Source of the DNA: Deltaproteobacteria bacterium | GTDB taxonomy: Bacteria > Desulfobacterota > Binatia > UBA12015 | DNA length: 64,000 nt | Reading direction: 5' to 3' | Assembly (NCBI GenBank): GCA_046583355.1 | Contig: JAYGCM010000063.1 | Location: 32,001-96,000 of the forward strand | Part shown: positions 60,801 through 64,000 of the stretch, one piece after another | How positions within the stretch are numbered: the stretch's first letter is position 1 | How the letters are laid out: every line of letters starts with the position of its first letter | Notes under the pieces: generated by a model | Told to the model about the DNA's origin: nothing | Database searches by the model: none | The model's input: the letters and a program-made list of their open reading frames with translations, nothing else | Made by a program: the position numbers and the translations under genes

Positions 60801-62180
60801 CAGCGTGATCTCAAAGAGTTTCCCGATACGCATCAAGGCCAGAATCCGGATGCGGCCATCGTCATCGCCACGCGCGGCTGGCTCGAATGTAGCGGCCCTA
60901 CGACAAGCGCCATCCTCGCCACGCGCCTCGGTATCAGTGCCGCTGCGGTCGCGAGCGCACTCGCGCATCTCGAGAACGACGGGGTCGCCATGCGCGGCAG
61001 CTTCACACCCGGCACGACACAAGAAGAATGGTGCGAGCGGCGGCTGCTGGCGCGCATTCACCGCAGCACGCTCGGGCGTCTGCGCGCCGAAATCGACCCC
61101 GTCTCGCCGGCCGATTTCATGCGCTTTCTCTTTCGCTGGCAGCATATCGGCGAAGACGTCCGCCTGCATGGCAGCGACGGGACGGCCGCAGTCATCCAAC
61201 AATTACACGGGCTCGAGATCCCCGCGCCGGCCTGGGAGCAAAGCGTCCTGCCCATACGCATCCAGGATTATGCCCCGAGCCTGCTCGACCAACTCTGTCT
61301 TGGTGGCATCGTCGCCTGGGGACGCTTCTCGCCACCCGTGATCCACCCGGACAAAACCCGCCGCGTCAGCGCACCTTCGCGCAGCGCCCCGCTGGGCCTG
61401 GTGATGCGCGCCGAACTCGACCAGCTCTTCGCCGATGACGCCGGCCGCGACGCACCCGTGCTCAGCCATGGCGCGGCCGATGCGCTGACCTTCCTCGGTA
61501 GCGAGGGCGCCTCCTTCCTATCCGATGTCGCGCGCGGCACCGGGCTGCTGCCGACGGCTGCCGAAGATGCCCTCTGGGAGCTGGTGGCGCGCGGATTGGT
61601 GACCGGAGACGGCTTTGCCGGCCTGCGCATGCTGCTCTCGCGCGATGCGAAGAAAAGCCCGGAGCGCCGGCTGCGCAGCGTCCGCGGCGTTCGCACCCGC
61701 AGCCTGCCAATCGGGCGCTGGGCTCTTCTGCGCCGGCAACGAGGCGAGTCTGAGCCCTCGGCGTCGGCCGAGGAAGCCGCCGCCGAAGATATGGTCCGCC
61801 TCGCATTACGGCGCTGGGGCGTGGTTTTCCGCGAAGTGCTCGCGCGCGAGAGCCTGATGCCCAGCTGGCGAGTGATGCTGCATGCGATGCGCCGGCTCGA
61901 AGCACGTGGTGAGATCCGCGGAGGACGCTTCGTCTCGGGATTCGTGGGCGAGCAATTCGCCACCCCCGAGGCCATCGACGGTATCCGCGCCGTCCGCCGT
62001 ACCAAAGATTCCGGCGCTACTCTCCTGGTCGCGGCCGCAGACCCGCTGAACCTCGTCGGCATCCTTTCGCCGGGGGGCCGGGTGTCGCCGCAGAGCAATG
62101 CCGTGATCGCCTACCGCGACGGGATTCCGCTTGAGGTCGGCGAGCTCGGCCAGGTCCGCAGCCGCCTGCAGCTGCCCTGA
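57852..62180 (+). CDS. lhr: Lhr-family ATP-dependent helicase with long C-terminal domain
   Basis: APTGSGKT, DEVH, SAT, QRVGRSGH, GGAIPD, RRLEARGEIRGGRFV..GEQFA. Confidence 0.93.
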   Translation: MEGIAFDPLVAGWFAEHFAAATPPQEAGWREIAAGRDTLIAAPTGSGKTLAAFLWAINGLARRARENRLPEKTCILYISPLKALGNDIEKNLEIPLGGIRARAKAEGISMEEIRVAVRSGDTPASERQRMLRKPPHILITTPESLYLLLTAEKSRRMLENVETILIDEVHAICGNKRGAHLALSLERLDQLITSADGDLESSRRRPQRIGLSATQKPISEIARWLVGCDHLLPDGSADCSIVDTGHKRAMELSIETTELELSAIASHEMRDAIYDRIVELSGQHRTTIVFVNTRRLVERVSHALGERLGAERVVAHHGSLSKKIRLEAEAKLKSGNVPVVVATASLELGIDVGHVDLVCHLGAPRAIATLLQRVGRSGHWLGQVPRGIFFPLTRDEMVQTAAAVRAIRLGELDRILMPENCRDILAQQIVATVATGDIGLAEIEALVRRAWPWRNLDKAEFDAIIEMLAEGVSTRRGRRSAHLHFDRVNGRLRARRGARLAAITGGGAIPDTGNYDVIEDGTEARVGSVDEDFAVESMRGDIFQLGNHSWRVRRVELGKVRVEDAGQIPPTIPFWFGEAPARTRELSDAVSDLREEVATRLPDRPALLLWLMEECGIDARGGEQIIEYIAATVHELGCVPTGTRLIAERFFDESGGMQLVIHAPLGGAINRAFGLALRKRFCVGFDFELQAAATDDGIVLSLGEQHSFPLPSLFDMVHPDRVESDLIQAVLAAPMFTNRWRWNATRSLTLARHMGGKRVPIHLQRMRAEDLVAAIFPAQLGCGDNRSGPIELVDHPLVNETIDNCLHEAMDTEGLKTTLRAIRAGDIEVRTIETPSPSPMAHEILNANPYAFLDDAPLEERRARAVSLRRTDDTLARGLGQLDAAAIAEVRTQAWPDIRTADELHDALLDLVWLGEADLEAPAGQDPNGHPAPHNWRVLFEELVGEGRATLALHQDATGTERRVAVVAERIALARLGLPGLVCQRDLKEFPDTHQGQNPDAAIVIATRGWLECSGPTTSAILATRLGISAAAVASALAHLENDGVAMRGSFTPGTTQEEWCERRLLARIHRSTLGRLRAEIDPVSPADFMRFLFRWQHIGEDVRLHGSDGTAAVIQQLHGLEIPAPAWEQSVLPIRIQDYAPSLLDQLCLGGIVAWGRFSPPVIHPDKTRRVSAPSRSAPLGLVMRAELDQLFADDAGRDAPVLSHGAADALTFLGSEGASFLSDVARGTGLLPTAAEDALWELVARGLVTGDGFAGLRMLLSRDAKKSPERRLRSVRGVRTRSLPIGRWALLRRQRGESEPSASAEEAAAEDMVRLALRRWGVVFREVLARESLMPSWRVMLHAMRRLEARGEIRGGRFVSGFVGEQFATPEAIDGIRAVRRTKDSGATLLVAAADPLNLVGILSPGGRVSPQSNAVIAYRDGIPLEVGELGQVRSRLQLP

Positions 62181-62294
62181 TTCAGGAGGTATCGAGAAAG
62201 ATCGTCGACCGAACCTCCAGGCGGCATTCGAGCACCGCTAGCGGCCGGACCTCCGGGGTCGTCGAGCACCCCCATTCCGTGATAGGGCGTAATC

Positions 62295-62786
62295 ATGATC
62301 TCCCCCAAATCATGCATCCCGTTGTCCTTGCTTCTCGCCCTCGGCTGTACGCCGCCTGCCGAAACTCCCCCACAGGAGACTGGGCAGGGAAAGCCGCAGG
62401 TCGTCTGGATCGATATTCCCGACACCCAGGACCGGATGCTCGTCACGGTGGGCGCGGGCCATCAGCGCGAAGCCGTGATTGATGTTCCTTGGACCCAGGA
62501 GATACGCGAAACGGCCGTGCAGGACGGCTTTACGCGGGGCCGCGATGCCCATATGACCCGCGCTGTATACGGCTTCCATTGCCGGAGTCTTTCGATCTCC
62601 ACGAATTCCTATGCGGTTTTGAGCGAGCAGGGCGAGACGCTTACCTCGCAACTCTTCGCCAAGCCGCAATTGCAGCCAGCTGAGCCGGGTTCGACCGCAG
62701 CGCGCTACCTGGTTGCCGCATGCGATGATGAGTTGGCACCGGCCGCGATCAAACGCCTCCTCGGAATCGAGCCCCCCGCGCGCTAA
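62295..62786 (+). CDS. Hypothetical lipoprotein (surface-adhesin-E-like pattern)
   Basis: LALGC lipobox; FHC...PGST...AAC. Confidence 0.6.
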   Translation: MISPKSCIPLSLLLALGCTPPAETPPQETGQGKPQVVWIDIPDTQDRMLVTVGAGHQREAVIDVPWTQEIRETAVQDGFTRGRDAHMTRAVYGFHCRSLSISTNSYAVLSEQGETLTSQLFAKPQLQPAEPGSTAARYLVAACDDELAPAAIKRLLGIEPPAR

Positions 62787-62796
62787 CCTCGGGACG

Positions 62797-64000
62797 ATGC
62801 CATCGTCCATGGAGCCAAACGAAGTCCTCGCCGCCGGCGAGATCGATCTATCCGCCCCGGAATTCTGGAGCCGCCCTTGGGAAGAGCGCGAAGGGGCCTT
62901 TCGTACCTTACGGCGCGAGCGGCCGATGCCCTTTTTCAAGGAATTTGATTTCGGCCTGATGCCCGTTGGCCCCGGCTATTGGGGGCTCACGAAACACGCG
63001 GATATCCTTGAGGCGAGCCGCAACCCGAAGGTCTTCTCCTCGGCGCGCGGGGCAACCAGCATCCCCGACCTGCCGCCTGAGTTCCTCGAATTCTTCGGTG
63101 GCATGATCAATATGGACGATCCGGCCCATATGCGGTTGCGCAAGCTGATCTCAGCCGGGTTCACGCCTGGACAGCTCAAAAAAGTCAACCAAGATGTCGA
63201 GCATGCGGCTGCGGAAATCATCGGCGCGGTGGCCGAACGGGGGGAATGCGATTTCGTCACTGATCTTTCGGCACAATTCCCGATCCGCGTCATCTGCGAT
63301 ATGATGGGCATCCCCAAGAGCCAGCATGAGTTCGTCTTCGAGCGCACCAATATCATTCTCGGTGCGGGCGACCCGGAGTATGTTGATGAGCCGGAGAAGA
63401 TCATCCCTGCATTGCTTGGCGCCGGCGCCGACCTCGTCGAGTTGATGCGTGAGATGCGCAAAGACCGCCTGGCGAATCCGACCGATGATCTCACCTCGCT
63501 ACTTGTTCATGCCGAGATCGACGGCGACCGACTCACCGAGCAAGACCTCGGCAGTTTCTTCATTCTGCTTGTGGTTGCCGGCAACGAGACCACCCGGAAT
63601 TCGATCAGTCACGGGATGAAGGCGCTCTGCGACTACCCGGAGCAACGCGCGCTCTGGCAGGAGGATTTTACCGGTGGGATGCCTGCCGCGATTGAGGAGA
63701 TCGTGCGCTGGGCCACACCCGTAATCTTCATGCGACGAACCCTCCTTGAAGATTATAAAATGCGCGGCGAATTGCTGAAGGCCGGTGATAAAGTCTTGTT
63801 CTGGTACAATTCCGGCAACCGCGACGAAGAAGTTTTCGACAATCCCTACGCCTTCGATATCCGCCGCACGCCCAACGAACATATCGGCTTCGGCGGACCC
63901 GGACCGCATTTCTGCCTCGGCGCCAACCTCGCCCGCCGCGAGATCGGCGTCTTCTTCCGCCACCTTTTTGAACGCCTGCCCGACCTGCAAATCGCAGGCG
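62797..64000 (+). CDS. Cytochrome P450 (CYP124/125-like), truncated by window end
   Basis: Manual translation: VAGNETTRN, EEIVRW, GFGGPGPHFCLGANLAR; absent from the ORF track because there is no stop in the window. Confidence 0.92.
   Translation, partial: MPSSMEPNEVLAAGEIDLSAPEFWSRPWEEREGAFRTLRRERPMPFFKEFDFGLMPVGPGYWGLTKHADILEASRNPKVFSSARGATSIPDLPPEFLEFFGGMINMDDPAHMRLRKLISAGFTPGQLKKVNQDVEHAAAEIIGAVAERGECDFVTDLSAQFPIRVICDMMGIPKSQHEFVFERTNIILGAGDPEYVDEPEKIIPALLGAGADLVELMREMRKDRLANPTDDLTSLLVHAEIDGDRLTEQDLGSFFILLVVAGNETTRNSISHGMKALCDYPEQRALWQEDFTGGMPAAIEEIVRWATPVIFMRRTLLEDYKMRGELLKAGDKVLFWYNSGNRDEEVFDNPYAFDIRRTPNEHIGFGGPGPHFCLGANLARREIGVFFRHLFERLPDLQIAG

Noticed and set aside
62205..62275. Two imperfect direct repeats (ACCTCC...TCGAGCACC) after lhr
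   Set aside because: Only two short degenerate copies; not distinguishable from chance

Overview
GC-rich bacterial chromosomal window. The gene content and several lineage-typical hypothetical proteins suggest Candidatus Binatia or a related deltaproteobacterium (inference). No rRNA, tRNA, CRISPR array, integrase or transposase was seen. The core-like left half carries: USP, a PhaR-like protein, a receiver-less sigma54 activator with its own sigma54 promoter, an isobutyryl-CoA-mutase-type large subunit, coaE and asnS, a complete isc operon with a trailing Rrf2 gene, an H-NOX gene plus a stand-alone HNOBA gene convergent on a FixL/FixJ-like pair, a cca/nucleoside ABC operon, and a steroid or branched-acyl side-chain operon. 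The accessory middle region (33.5-44 kb) carries a WYL regulator, three DUF3293-like paralogs, small membrane ORFs, vapBC, a decayed higBA and gene fragments. The right end carries cusCBA, an Lhr helicase and a partial P450. Two candidate undescribed systems stand out. (1) A WYL/DUF3293 locus with a DriD-like operator and a separate conserved 24-bp upstream motif. (2) A putative NO-sensing regulon marked by a repeated 16-bp TAGG-N8-CCTA box at the H-NOX operon, the FixL/J-like operon and the sigma54 activator, with a half-site at the isc promoter. All family assignments come from motif recognition, not database searches.
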